Below are positions 1 through 8,922 of a DNA stretch of 64,000 nucleotides, piece after piece. The DNA is from an uncultured delta proteobacterium (GTDB lineage: Bacteria; Myxococcota_A; Polyangia; Fen-1088), in NCBI GenBank assembly GCA_963767925.1, contig CAVYGB010000008.1, positions 992,001-1,056,000 on the forward strand. Direction: 5' to 3'. The translations under genes were made by a program, and so were the position numbers. The notes below the pieces were generated by a model. That model was not told where the DNA came from, made no database searches, and saw nothing but the letters and a program-made list of their open reading frames with translations. Positions within the stretch are counted from its first letter, which is position 1. Every line of letters begins with the position of its first letter.

Positions 1-1152
1 CTCGTAGGCCGCGCGCATCGACAGGTCGAGGACCAGCCCGAGCAGGTGCCCGAGGACCGCGAAGACGCCGAGGTCGAGGGCCTGGGCCATCCCCCGGGCG
101 ACAACCCCCCCGGGGATGACCTCCTGGGGCCGCAGCGCCTCCAGCCGCTCCAGCAGCTCCTCGTAGGTGGTGGGGCGGTTGGCGGGGTGGGGATCCATCA
201 TCTCGGTGATGAGCTGGCGCAGGCGCCAGGGCGCCTGGCGGGCGGGGATCACCGGGCGGGGGGCGTCCTCGTGCAGCTTGATGAGCGCGCGCAGGCTGTC
301 GGCCTCGAACGGCGGCGCCCCGGTCAGCAGCTCGTGGAAGGTGACCCCCAGCGAGTAGACGTCGCTGCGGTGATCGGGGGGCTTGCCCGCGATCTGCTCG
401 GGTGAGGCGTAATAGGGCGAGCCGACGAAGTGCTCGTCTTTCCCCTCGGTGGTGGCGGCCAGCCCGAAGTCGGCGACCTTGATGAGGGGGAGGGCCACGT
501 TCTTGGGGCCCATCCGGCCGAGCAGCAGGTTGGAGGGCTTGACGTCCCGGTGCACGATGCCCCGGTGTTTCGCCTCCATCAACGCGCGGGTTGTCTGGAT
601 GATGTAGTCGAGCGCCTCGGCCCAGGGGATGGGCCCGTCGCCCTCTAGGCGATCGGCGAGCGTCTTGCCGCGCACGTATTCCATCGCCAGGTAGGGCGCG
701 CCCTCGTGCTGGCCGATGTAGTAGACGTTCACAACGTTCGGGTGCTGCAGGCGGGCCTGGGCCCGGGCCTCGAGGACCAGGCGCCCCACGAGGTCCGGGC
801 TCGAGGCGAGCTCGCGACGCAGCACCTTGATGGCGACGGGCCGCTCCAGGCTGAGGTCGTGGGCCAGGTAGACCGTGCCCATGCCGCCCTGCCCGAGCTG
901 GGCCCGGATCTCGAAGTGGTCGATGTTTTGACCGATCAACGTGTCGGTGGTGCTGGCGCCGGGCGGGACCGGGGGCCGGTCGGTCTCGTAGGCCGTATTG
1001 GCCATCGAGGTCTGGGGGACCGGGCGGACCTCGCTGGAGTCGAGCGCCGCGATCGGGGCCGGGGCGGCCGGAGCGGAGACGTCCGACTCGGGCGGATCGT
1101 CGGCCTTCTCCGGCTTCTTCTCGACGGCGGGTTCTCCCTCAAGCACCTCCAT
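1..1152 (-). CDS. Ser/Thr protein kinase (Pkn2-type), probably with a C-terminal RDD-like membrane domain; 3' end runs off the window
   Basis: Not in the ORF track because there is no stop in the window. Manual translation from ATG at 1152 gives LGQGGMGTVY, VAIKVL, HRDVKPSN, DFG, YASPEQ and DVYSLG, then VVARGMAQALDLGVFAVLGHLLGLVL (RDD-like start). Confidence 0.88.
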   Translation of the reverse strand, partial: MEVLEGEPAVEKKPEKADDPPESDVSAPAAPAPIAALDSSEVRPVPQTSMANTAYETDRPPVPPGASTTDTLIGQNIDHFEIRAQLGQGGMGTVYLAHDLSLERPVAIKVLRRELASSPDLVGRLVLEARAQARLQHPNVVNVYYIGQHEGAPYLAMEYVRGKTLADRLEGDGPIPWAEALDYIIQTTRALMEAKHRGIVHRDVKPSNLLLGRMGPKNVALPLIKVADFGLAATTEGKDEHFVGSPYYASPEQIAGKPPDHRSDVYSLGVTFHELLTGAPPFEADSLRALIKLHEDAPRPVIPARQAPWRLRQLITEMMDPHPANRPTTYEELLERLEALRPQEVIPGGVVARGMAQALDLGVFAVLGHLLGLVLDLSMRAAYE

Positions 1153-1430
1153 GTGCGTACGAGATCTTAGTCCGAGATCCTGCCCTTTCTACGTTCGAGT
1201 ATCGCTTTTTCCTGGAAGCAGATCGGCCCGGTGTGGGCCAGCGGCCACCTCGACCGCCGCCCGCGCTGGACTGCCCACACGCGCGCGGCATCTGCGGGAC
1301 CAGGCCGCGCGTTCGCGCGGTCGGCGATCGAGCGCGGCAAGGTTGCGATCCAAGCCTGCGAGCAAGGCGGCAAGCAGCCGGGCCGACGATTGCGATAGCG
1401 TTTTGGTAACGGGCGCTTCATTGTGCAACA

Positions 1431-2669
1431 ATGCGCCGGGGGTCCGGGGTGCTGGGGAATTGTCGTTGTCGGGGTGGCCTTTCGCTGTTGATGCTGGCGC
1501 TGGCCTGCGGCCGGTTCGATCTCGATCTCGGCAGCGATGAGGGCCCGGCCTCCGCCGGGAAGGCCCCCGCCGAGCTTTGGACGTTGTTCGACATCCAGGC
1601 CGCGCTCGAGGCGAAGCGGCCGGTGGCGCGCACCGCCAGCTTCCCCGGCGGCTTCCCGCCGGAGACCTTCATCACCCCGCAGCCCGATGGCAGCGCGATC
1701 TTGCGGATCATCCCCGCCTACAGCGAGGGCGAGCCGGCGGCTTACGTGTTGCCCGAGATCTGGCTGAACTTCGACGAGATCTGGGTGCAGCCCTGGTACG
1801 AGCTCGTCACCGCCTGGAACGATCGCAGCAACGCCCAGAACGCGCTCAAGGGGCCCAACGACGAGGACGCGCCGCCGGTCTGGGACGTGAGCCACCGCAG
1901 CCTGTTTTACAGCCCCTTCTGGGTGGTCTTCTACGCGGTGGTGCCTCCGGGCACCGCCTACGATCACTACACCTCGGTCGAGCAGATCGTGAACGACGGG
2001 TTGCCGATCTACCGGGGCGCCCCCTGGATCTACTCGGTCCGTCCCGAGGAGGTGTTCCTGGGACAGCGGCCCCTGCACCCCTATCTCCAGAAGGAGGTCG
2101 CCACCTCCCTGCGCGAATTCCCCCTGTCCTTCGTGGACGACGAACCGGTGCCCTACTTCGACGAGGGCTTCAACAACTTCGAATACGACCCCCGCACCCA
2201 GGTGGTCGAGGAGGCGCCGCTCTTCATGCTCGCCAAGCGGGACGCCGAGGGCAGGACGGCCTTCCTCGATGCCCCCCACGTGATCGGCACCGGCCCGCTG
2301 CTGGCCCGCCGGCCGCCCGCGGTCTACAACGGCAAGCCCCGCTTCGGCTCGTACACCCGGTTTTACATCGCGACGGTGCCCGCCACCGCCGATGTCTTCA
2401 ACCCCGACGTGCACACCGCCGCGGCCGCCGCGCTCGTCGCCCAGGGGCTCGACCCCCAGGCCTACCGCGGGAGGGTGGCGCGCAACGCCCTCAAGCTCGT
2501 CGAGCGCGACCGGGCCTGCTTCGAGTTGCCCGACTTCCCCGCGAGCTGCGTCTGGCTGGACTCGCAGGCCCGCATCGAGGACGCCGGCGGCATCGCCAGC
2601 CTGCGCCGGACCGAGGTGTCGGCCTGCTCACCGATTGTTTTCTACGCTGGCAAGGGGATCGGCCGATGA
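1431..2669 (+). CDS. Putative lipoprotein of unknown function with an apparent internal duplication
   Basis: Lipobox-like LALAC. Two similar modules: AYVLPEIW..QPWY..YSPFWVVFYAVVP and VPYFDEG..APLF..FGSYTRFYIATVP. Stop overlaps the next ATG (ATGA). Start could be 1491. Confidence 0.7.
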   Translation: MRRGSGVLGNCRCRGGLSLLMLALACGRFDLDLGSDEGPASAGKAPAELWTLFDIQAALEAKRPVARTASFPGGFPPETFITPQPDGSAILRIIPAYSEGEPAAYVLPEIWLNFDEIWVQPWYELVTAWNDRSNAQNALKGPNDEDAPPVWDVSHRSLFYSPFWVVFYAVVPPGTAYDHYTSVEQIVNDGLPIYRGAPWIYSVRPEEVFLGQRPLHPYLQKEVATSLREFPLSFVDDEPVPYFDEGFNNFEYDPRTQVVEEAPLFMLAKRDAEGRTAFLDAPHVIGTGPLLARRPPAVYNGKPRFGSYTRFYIATVPATADVFNPDVHTAAAAALVAQGLDPQAYRGRVARNALKLVERDRACFELPDFPASCVWLDSQARIEDAGGIASLRRTEVSACSPIVFYAGKGIGR

Positions 2670-4039
2670 CGGCGGACACGCCGGAGCGGGCGATGGCGAC
2701 GACGCGCGGGCGCCGCTCGTCGCTGCTGGCGCTGCTGGCCTGGACCTTCCCCCTGACCGCCGCCGCGGCGCAACCGACGGTCAGCAACGAGCAACCGGCC
2801 GACCCGGAGGGGCCCGAGGACGGGGAGCCCGAGGGGTTCGTGCTGCCGCCCACCACCCAGGTGGCGCCCCCCCTCGTGTTCATGGGGTACGTCGACGTCG
2901 GGTACGCCGACGCCGAGGGGAACGGCACCAGCTACCCGCGGGTCGACACACGCTTGCCCGCCGACTACGGCGTCGACACCTTCGCTCCGGCGGTGAACAG
3001 CCGGGGCGACGTGGCCTCGACCGACGCGGATGGGCTGTTCGTCAATGGCTTCCTGCCCCGCTCGGCCGGGATCGGCGGTCGCCCCTCTTTCCTCCTCAAC
3101 ACGGTGAACTTCGACGTTCGCTACCAGGCGCCCAGCGCCCCCATCATGGCCTTCTCCCGGTTTCAGCTCTTGCCCCGCTTCGGCGGGCCGGGCAAGGGCA
3201 ACCAGACGCTGGTCGTGCTCGAGCAGGCCTTCGGTCGGGTCACCCCGATCCTCGGCAAGGAGCTGTTCCTCAGCGCGGGCAAGTTCGATTCGGTGTTCGG
3301 CATCGAATACCTCGACAACCAGGCCAACTACCGCACCGGCGTGACCCCCTCCTTGCTCTCCCGCTACACCACCGGGACCTCGCTCGGCCTGAAGGCCTTC
3401 TTCCGGCAGCAGATCGCTCCCCTCTGGTCGGCCCTCAGCCTCAACGCCTCCGCCACCAACAGCGGCGCCTTCGTCGAGGTCTTGCAGCCGCCCGACATCA
3501 GCCTCACCGGCGCGCCGGTGCTGGCGGCCCGCCTGGGATACGAGCTCAACCTGCCCTCGGTGCAGGTGAAGCTCGGCGGGAGCTGGCTGTCCGGTCCGCG
3601 CAACGATCAGCGCGATCAGCGCTCGGAGCAGCGGATGTTCGGCTTCGACGCCCGCCTCTACGTCGCGGGCCTGTCGCTCTCCTGGGAGTACGTCAACGTC
3701 GAGGAGGACCTCGGCGCCGCCGGCAAGGAGACCGGCCTCGGCACCTTCCCGGTGACCTCGGAGTTTCAGGCCCGGGGCTTCTGGGCTCAGGCCGCCTACC
3801 TGTGGCGGACGGGGCTGGTGTCGCTCACCGGGCTCACCTTCTATGGCCGCTACGAGCGGCGGCGGGCCGAGTTCGAGGGCTTTCGCCCGATCGCGGTGGC
3901 CCGGGTGACAGGCGGCCTGCGGATCGATTTCTGGGAGGCCCTCGTGCTCAAGGTGGAGCTGCTGTTCAACGAGGAGCGGGCGGGCGCGCCCGAGGTGGAC
4001 AACGACGTGTTCACGTCGTCGGTTGTGTATTCGTGGTGA
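2666..4039 (+). CDS. Outer-membrane beta-barrel / porin-like protein
   Basis: C-terminal part of ORF 1577..4039, starting at ATG 2666. Signal peptide, amphipathic strands, porin-like LEQAFGRV..AGKFDSVFGIEY, and terminal aromatic residue (SVVYSW). Confidence 0.75.
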   Translation: MTADTPERAMATTRGRRSSLLALLAWTFPLTAAAAQPTVSNEQPADPEGPEDGEPEGFVLPPTTQVAPPLVFMGYVDVGYADAEGNGTSYPRVDTRLPADYGVDTFAPAVNSRGDVASTDADGLFVNGFLPRSAGIGGRPSFLLNTVNFDVRYQAPSAPIMAFSRFQLLPRFGGPGKGNQTLVVLEQAFGRVTPILGKELFLSAGKFDSVFGIEYLDNQANYRTGVTPSLLSRYTTGTSLGLKAFFRQQIAPLWSALSLNASATNSGAFVEVLQPPDISLTGAPVLAARLGYELNLPSVQVKLGGSWLSGPRNDQRDQRSEQRMFGFDARLYVAGLSLSWEYVNVEEDLGAAGKETGLGTFPVTSEFQARGFWAQAAYLWRTGLVSLTGLTFYGRYERRRAEFEGFRPIAVARVTGGLRIDFWEALVLKVELLFNEERAGAPEVDNDVFTSSVVYSW

Positions 4040-5076
4040 GCCGGCGCTGCCGGGCGCTGCTGGTTCTGGGAGCCTGGCTGGGGGCGCTGGCGCCGGGGCC
4101 GGCGCGGGCCGCGCCCGGCGGAGCCGACGCCTGGCCGGGTGACGACATGCCCTTGCCCCTCACGGTCCGCACGCCCGAGGAGCTGGCCTTCAAGAACGAA
4201 GCCGAGCGCCAGTACGCCCTCTTCAACCTGATGACGAGCGGGAAGCTCGCCTTCGAGGCGGGCGACTATGCCCGCGCCATGCGCCGCTGGGAGGCCCTCC
4301 TCAAGCTGCCCAGCTTGCCGGCTGACGTCGAGCGGGCCGTCTTGCCGCTGTTCGAGGCGGCCCGGCGCGGCGCCGCGGGCGGATCGCCGGTGACCACCCC
4401 GGTGGTGGCGGCGGTGGTGCCGCCGGCCCGGTCCGAGAAGGTCGCCGTCCCCGAGGCCCCGCCCGCGCCCGAGCTCGCGACGGTGAGCGGGACCGTGATC
4501 GGCGGAGGCGCGCTCGGTCCGGCCGCCGCTGTCTTGTGGCTCAAGCGCCTCGACAGCCCGACGCCGCCCGTGCGGGCCCTGCGCCGGCCCAAGGTCATCA
4601 GTCAGAAGGACAAGACGTTCATCCCCCGGGTCGTCGTCGTGCCGGTCGGCAGCAGCGTCGATTTTCGCAACGACGACACCTACTACCACAACGTCTTTTC
4701 GCTGAGCGACGCGCAGAAGTTCGACACCGGGCTGTACGCCGGCGGCCTGCTCTACACCCAGACCTTCAGCAAGCCCGGCCCGGTCGAGCTGCTCTGTAAC
4801 ATCCACGCGACCATGGTCGGCTACGTCATGGTTGTCGATACGCCCTATTACACGCAGCCTCGCAGCAACGGCACCTTCGTCCTGCGAAACGTCCCCCCCG
4901 GGCGCTATGAGCTGTCGACCTGGCATGAAGCGTCGACCCGCACCGTCAAGCAGGCGCTGGAGGTGAAGGAAGGTGGGGCTCGGGGGATCACCGTCAAGAT
5001 CGGGACGGATCGGGTCCCCCTGGTGGTGGTGCCGGACAAATACGGGAAACCTCGCCAGCCCCAGCTCGGTTACTGA
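4036..5076 (+). CDS. Exported cupredoxin-like (MauL/methylamine-utilisation-type) protein with N-terminal TPR-like helix and carboxypeptidase-regulatory-like domain
   Basis: GTG start overlaps the porin stop (GTGA). ISQKDKTFIPRV, FRNDDTYYHNVFS and LLCNIHATM give H..C-x2-H-x2-M type-1 Cu ligands. Followed by GTFVLRNVPPGRYELSTWH. Confidence 0.8.
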   Translation: MSRRCRALLVLGAWLGALAPGPARAAPGGADAWPGDDMPLPLTVRTPEELAFKNEAERQYALFNLMTSGKLAFEAGDYARAMRRWEALLKLPSLPADVERAVLPLFEAARRGAAGGSPVTTPVVAAVVPPARSEKVAVPEAPPAPELATVSGTVIGGGALGPAAAVLWLKRLDSPTPPVRALRRPKVISQKDKTFIPRVVVVPVGSSVDFRNDDTYYHNVFSLSDAQKFDTGLYAGGLLYTQTFSKPGPVELLCNIHATMVGYVMVVDTPYYTQPRSNGTFVLRNVPPGRYELSTWHEASTRTVKQALEVKEGGARGITVKIGTDRVPLVVVPDKYGKPRQPQLGY

Positions 5077-5164
5077 GCGGTCGGCTGCGCGAAACGCGCG
5101 CCCCCGTCGAGGGTTGCCCGTAGCATGTTCCCCGACATCGTCGTATCCTTTGTGGTCCCTAGTC

Positions 5165-7147
5165 ATGCTGAGAGGTAGACCGCTTGCGGGCCTGAGTCTG
5201 GGGGTGCTTGCCGTGGCCGCGGCTTACCTCGGCGGCCGCACCCTGGACATCAACCGGCAGGCGCGGGTGGCCCAGCATGCGGTCGGCGGCGCCCGCGACG
5301 CGGCCCGGAAGGCGCGCGAAGCGCTCGCCGTCCAGATCGAAAACGTCAAGATGATGGTCCACAACGCCGTGGTCAATCCGCGGCTGATGGTGGTCCTGCG
5401 CGGCCGGGTGGACAACGAGACCCTGCGCGATGCGTTCAGCACCGAGTCCTGGTGGGAGCCGTACCGGGGCGCCACAACCGCCATCTCCTACGAGGGCGAC
5501 GACATCGCGTTCCAGCAGGGGGGCGCCGGCGGCGCCGGGCAAGCTGGCCCGCTCGACGGCTTGCCCATCCAGGACCTGATCCGGTCGGTGCGGGCCACGG
5601 GGGCGCGGGCTACCCGGATCGGCGCCGCGAACGGCCGGGTGTTCGTGCTGGCGGCGTCGCCCATGCCGCTGGTCGGGGTCGAGCCCCCGGTCGTCGTGCT
5701 GTCGCGTCCGATGGATGCCCCGGTGCTGGCGGCGCTGGGCGAGGGGCGACAGGCGCCGGTCTTGATCTCCGACGGCCGGCAGACCCTCGGCTCCTGGGGT
5801 CCCGATCGGGACATCCGGCTGCTGGAGGGGGCGGTCGGGCGGGAGGGGGAGGGCGAGATCGCCCTGCAAGACACCGCCTGGGGGGCGGCGGTCGAGGAGG
5901 TCACGCCGGGGATGTGGCTGTGGGCCGGCAACCGGGTCACCGAGCTCGCCACCGCCTGGTTGCAGCAGGACGCCTCCCGCAAGCGGGTGATGTGGGGAGT
6001 GGCCTCCGCGCTGGCGCTCCTGTTCGTGGGGCTGTCCCTGCGGCCGCTCCCGCGGCGTCGCGAGGGGTCGGGACGGTACCGCGCGGTGGATCTGGAGCGG
6101 GCGGGTGGCGCGCCGGCGCTGAACCCGCTGCCGACGCCCCGACACTCGACCTCGGTGATGATCCCGGCCGGCGTGGGCACGCCGCTCGGCCGGTACGTGC
6201 TGCTCGATCGCATCGGTGAAGGCGGCATGGCCGAGGTCTTCACCGCGGTCTCCTTCGGCTCGGGCGGCTTCCGGCGGACCTTCGTCATCAAGCGCCTGCG
6301 GGCGGAGATGGCCAACAACCCGGTGGCGGTCGCCCACTTCATCGACGAGGCCAACCTCGCCTCCACCCTCGTGCACCCCAACATCGTCCCGGTGTTCGAC
6401 TTCGGGGAGGTGGCGGGCTCGTATTTTCTCGCCCAGGAGTACGTGGTGGGGCGAGATCTGGGGCGGCTGGCCCGGCGGATGACCGAGCAGAACGTGGCCC
6501 GCCTGTCGGTCAGTGCGGCCCTCTACATCGCCCACGAGGTGCTGCGCGGCCTGCACCACGCCCACGAGCGGCGGACCGACGAGGGCTCCCCGCTCGAGCT
6601 GGTCCACCGCGACGTCACCCCGGAGAACGTGATGATCTCCGAGCGCGGGGAGATCAAGCTGCTGGACTTCGGCATCGTGAAAGCCATCCAGCGGGTCTCG
6701 CAGACGGACATCGGGATGGTGAAGGGGAACGTCGACTACATGTCCCCGGAGCAGGCGCGCGGGCGCTCGGTGGACCGGCGTTCGGACATCTACTCGGTCG
6801 GGCTGGTCCTCTACTTCGCCCTGGCTCGCACGCCGCTCTACCGGGGCGAGACGCTGTACGACCGGCTCATGCGGGCCGCCCTGGGACCGGGCGACGAGGA
6901 GCTGGAGCGGATCGCTGCCCTGCCGGCGCCGATGCCGGAGATCCTGGGCCGCGCCCTCTCGGTCGACCCCGATGGCCGCTACCAGACGGCGAACGAGTTC
7001 GCTCTGGCCCTGACCCCCTTCATCGAAGGCGGCGCGGTGGAGGCGGCGGGGGTGCTGGAGCTGCTGTTCGGCGATGAGCTGCAGCTCGAGCAGGACCGCC
7101 TCGCCGCCGCCTTCCCCCGACGGCGGGCGGAAGACGCGCGCCCCTGA
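5165..7147 (+). CDS. Membrane Ser/Thr kinase with extracytoplasmic (Cache-like) sensor domain
   Basis: N-terminal TM, about 250 aa extracytoplasmic region, second TM, then IGEGGMAEVF, VIKRL, HRDVTPEN, DFG and YMSPEQ. Confidence 0.9.
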   Translation: MLRGRPLAGLSLGVLAVAAAYLGGRTLDINRQARVAQHAVGGARDAARKAREALAVQIENVKMMVHNAVVNPRLMVVLRGRVDNETLRDAFSTESWWEPYRGATTAISYEGDDIAFQQGGAGGAGQAGPLDGLPIQDLIRSVRATGARATRIGAANGRVFVLAASPMPLVGVEPPVVVLSRPMDAPVLAALGEGRQAPVLISDGRQTLGSWGPDRDIRLLEGAVGREGEGEIALQDTAWGAAVEEVTPGMWLWAGNRVTELATAWLQQDASRKRVMWGVASALALLFVGLSLRPLPRRREGSGRYRAVDLERAGGAPALNPLPTPRHSTSVMIPAGVGTPLGRYVLLDRIGEGGMAEVFTAVSFGSGGFRRTFVIKRLRAEMANNPVAVAHFIDEANLASTLVHPNIVPVFDFGEVAGSYFLAQEYVVGRDLGRLARRMTEQNVARLSVSAALYIAHEVLRGLHHAHERRTDEGSPLELVHRDVTPENVMISERGEIKLLDFGIVKAIQRVSQTDIGMVKGNVDYMSPEQARGRSVDRRSDIYSVGLVLYFALARTPLYRGETLYDRLMRAALGPGDEELERIAALPAPMPEILGRALSVDPDGRYQTANEFALALTPFIEGGAVEAAGVLELLFGDELQLEQDRLAAAFPRRRAEDARP

Positions 7148-7154
7148 CCGGCTG

Positions 7155-7847
7155 CTAGATCGTGATCCAGGTCTGGCGGGCCCGCCCCAGCAGGCGGCCG
7201 TCCGATCCGAACAGCGCCGTGCCGGCGAAGATCTTGCGGCCCTCCGTCCCCAGGCCCCAGCCGAGGACCACACATCGTTGGCCCACCCGGATGGGGCCGG
7301 TGATCTCGGCGGTCATCCGCCCGAGGAGCGCGGTGGGGTACTCGGCGGGGGAAGCCCCGAAGTAGCCGGGGCAGTCGAGGGCTGCCCAGCACACCTCGCG
7401 GTCGACCTCGCTGCCGCCGCTCGCCACCGAGGTGGTCGGGATCCAGGTCGCCGCGACCGGATCGCCGGGCCGCTCGCGGCCGGCGAAGATGCGCAGGCCG
7501 TCCCCCTCCGCCCGACCCGGGCCGCAGACGAAGCAGCCGGGGAAATAGTGGTGCTGGTGCCCCACGTAGCGCGCCGAGAGCGCCTCGGCCTGCTCGAACG
7601 ACGGGGGCGTCGGGATGTCCAGCTCCAGGGCAGCGGCGCGTCCCTCCGCCACCACCTGCTCGCCGTCGAGGAGGCGGACCGGGTCGCTCCCGGTCAGAAG
7701 GAGCGGCCGCCCCAGGGGGGGCGGCCTTCGCAACGTCACCTCGGCGGGGCCAGCAAACGTGGCGCCGAGGAGGCCGCAGGTCCACCCGCCGTTGCCCGTG
7801 CCAGGGGGGCCACAGAAGCGGGGGTCGATGGTGACCGTTCGTTCCAT
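7155..7847 (-). CDS. Double hotdog-fold thioesterase-like protein
   Basis: FCGPPGTGNGGW, EVTLRRPPPL, CFVCG, WAALDCPG and LLGRMTAEI pattern typical of hotdog-fold proteins. Confidence 0.75.
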   Translation of the reverse strand: MERTVTIDPRFCGPPGTGNGGWTCGLLGATFAGPAEVTLRRPPPLGRPLLLTGSDPVRLLDGEQVVAEGRAAALELDIPTPPSFEQAEALSARYVGHQHHYFPGCFVCGPGRAEGDGLRIFAGRERPGDPVAATWIPTTSVASGGSEVDREVCWAALDCPGYFGASPAEYPTALLGRMTAEITGPIRVGQRCVVLGWGLGTEGRKIFAGTALFGSDGRLLGRARQTWITI

Positions 7848-8446
7848 CCCGTCATGCTACTGGTTCCCGCTTCGGGTGCGAACACCACCAGCGCCAGCCG
7901 GCGGGAGTGGCGCCAGAGCGGCTCGAACGCCTCCACCTTGCGCTCGCGCCACCCCTCGGCTGGATCTCCGGTCAGGACTTTGCGCGCGCCCGGGTGCACC
8001 CCCACCACGACCTCGAAGTGGGGGTAGCCGCGCTTGCCGTCGACCTGCAGGGTGCCCACGATGACCGGGCGCTTGCGCCCGATCTCGTGGACCAGGTCGT
8101 CGAAGGTTGCCTCGATCAGGAAGGCCTCCAGACCCTCCTGGCGGGCGATCTCCCGCAACCTGCCGGCCGAGACCCCCTTCTGGGGATCCACGGTTCCCAC
8201 CGCCGACCGGATCCCTTCGTTGCTGGTGGCTGGCTGCCAGAACCGCATCACCATGGCCAGCGCGGCGGCGCCGCAGTCGGCGCGCTCACGCTGGGTGACC
8301 AGGGGGACGCCCGGAACCAGCAGCCAGCCGGGATCCGAAGGCAGAGTCGGCGTCACCCCGGAGCGAAGCGCTCCGAGGTGACAGCCGACCTGCGTGAAGG
8401 CGAGCGCAAGTGGGACGAGGAGCGTCCCCAGCGCCGCCGGTTTCAC
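7736..8446 (-). CDS. Lipoprotein C39-like cysteine peptidase (no ABC domain)
   Basis: GTG 8446 overlaps the upstream stop. Lipobox-like TQVGC, and catalytic Q..DCGAAAL, PHFEVVVG, GDPA. As sequenced, the C-terminus overlaps the next gene by 112 nt, so the true end may be near 7855. Confidence 0.8.
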   Translation of the reverse strand: MKPAALGTLLVPLALAFTQVGCHLGALRSGVTPTLPSDPGWLLVPGVPLVTQRERADCGAAALAMVMRFWQPATSNEGIRSAVGTVDPQKGVSAGRLREIARQEGLEAFLIEATFDDLVHEIGRKRPVIVGTLQVDGKRGYPHFEVVVGVHPGARKVLTGDPAEGWRERKVEAFEPLWRHSRRLALVVFAPEAGTSSMTGWNERSPSTPASVAPLARATAGGPAASSAPRLLAPPR

Positions 8447-8742
8447 AGCAGCACGAGCAGAATGACCAGCAGCAGGGCCAGGGCCAGGGCCGAGCCGCCG
8501 AGGTAGATGGAGGCGCCTGCGCCGCCCTGCCACTGCTCGAGACCGGCCGCCTTCTTCTCCCGGGCGGCGTAGCTCTGCACGTCCGAGCTCGTGGCGGCCA
8601 CCGTGCTGACCTCCGCCGCGCGGGGCGCGGTGGCGGTCGGCGCGGGCCGGGCCGGCGCGGGGAGACCCGCGGCCGCGAAGGCCGGGCCAGACATCATGAC
8701 AGCGACGACAAGAGGGGCAATCCAGCGAAGTACGAGTTTCAT
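8443..8742 (-). CDS. Small exported protein (99 aa) with double-glycine motif and hydrophobic C-terminal tail
   Basis: RBS GGGAGGAG before ATG 8742. Signal peptide ending PAFA, then LEQWQGG followed by a 25-aa hydrophobic tail. Confidence 0.8.
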   Translation of the reverse strand: MKLVLRWIAPLVVAVMMSGPAFAAAGLPAPARPAPTATAPRAAEVSTVAATSSDVQSYAAREKKAAGLEQWQGGAGASIYLGGSALALALLLVILLVLL

Positions 8743-8781
8743 GTTTTCTCCTCCCAATGAGCTGGGGACCCCCCCTGCCAT

Positions 8782-8797
8782 TGCATCATCCCGGCCA
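8782..8797 (-). promoter_or_regulatory. Putative sigma54 (-24/-12) promoter
   Basis: Minus strand TGGCCGGGATGATGCA fits GG-N10-GC, about 40 nt upstream of the GG-peptide gene. Confidence 0.4.
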
Positions 8798-8922
8798 GGC
8801 CGGAAAATCGTGCGCCCAGGTGGGTTCGTCTGCGCTTTGGTCCGGAGGAACGTTACGCCGCCGTGACGGGGCTGCACGGATCGGTGACATCGACCCGTCA
8901 CCGCCCGGTATCGGGGCTGCGA

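Noticed and set aside
1577..2665. N-terminal extension of the 820-aa ORF (the 894-aa ORF from 2392 is similar)
   Set aside because: Arg/Pro-rich shadow-frame sequence overlapping real genes. The true starts are at the ATGA/GTGA overlaps (2666 and 4036).
5159..7273. Long antisense ORFs (also 27811..29754, 41770..43731, 45813..47807, 56421..59147)
   Set aside because: They mirror well-supported genes on the opposite strand. Stop-codon scarcity at high GC explains them, and they have no motifs.
7155..8742. Classical RiPP/bacteriocin cluster including the hotdog protein
   Set aside because: No ABC exporter or modifying enzymes, and the hotdog gene has its own -10 box. Only the peptide-peptidase pair is kept as a finding.
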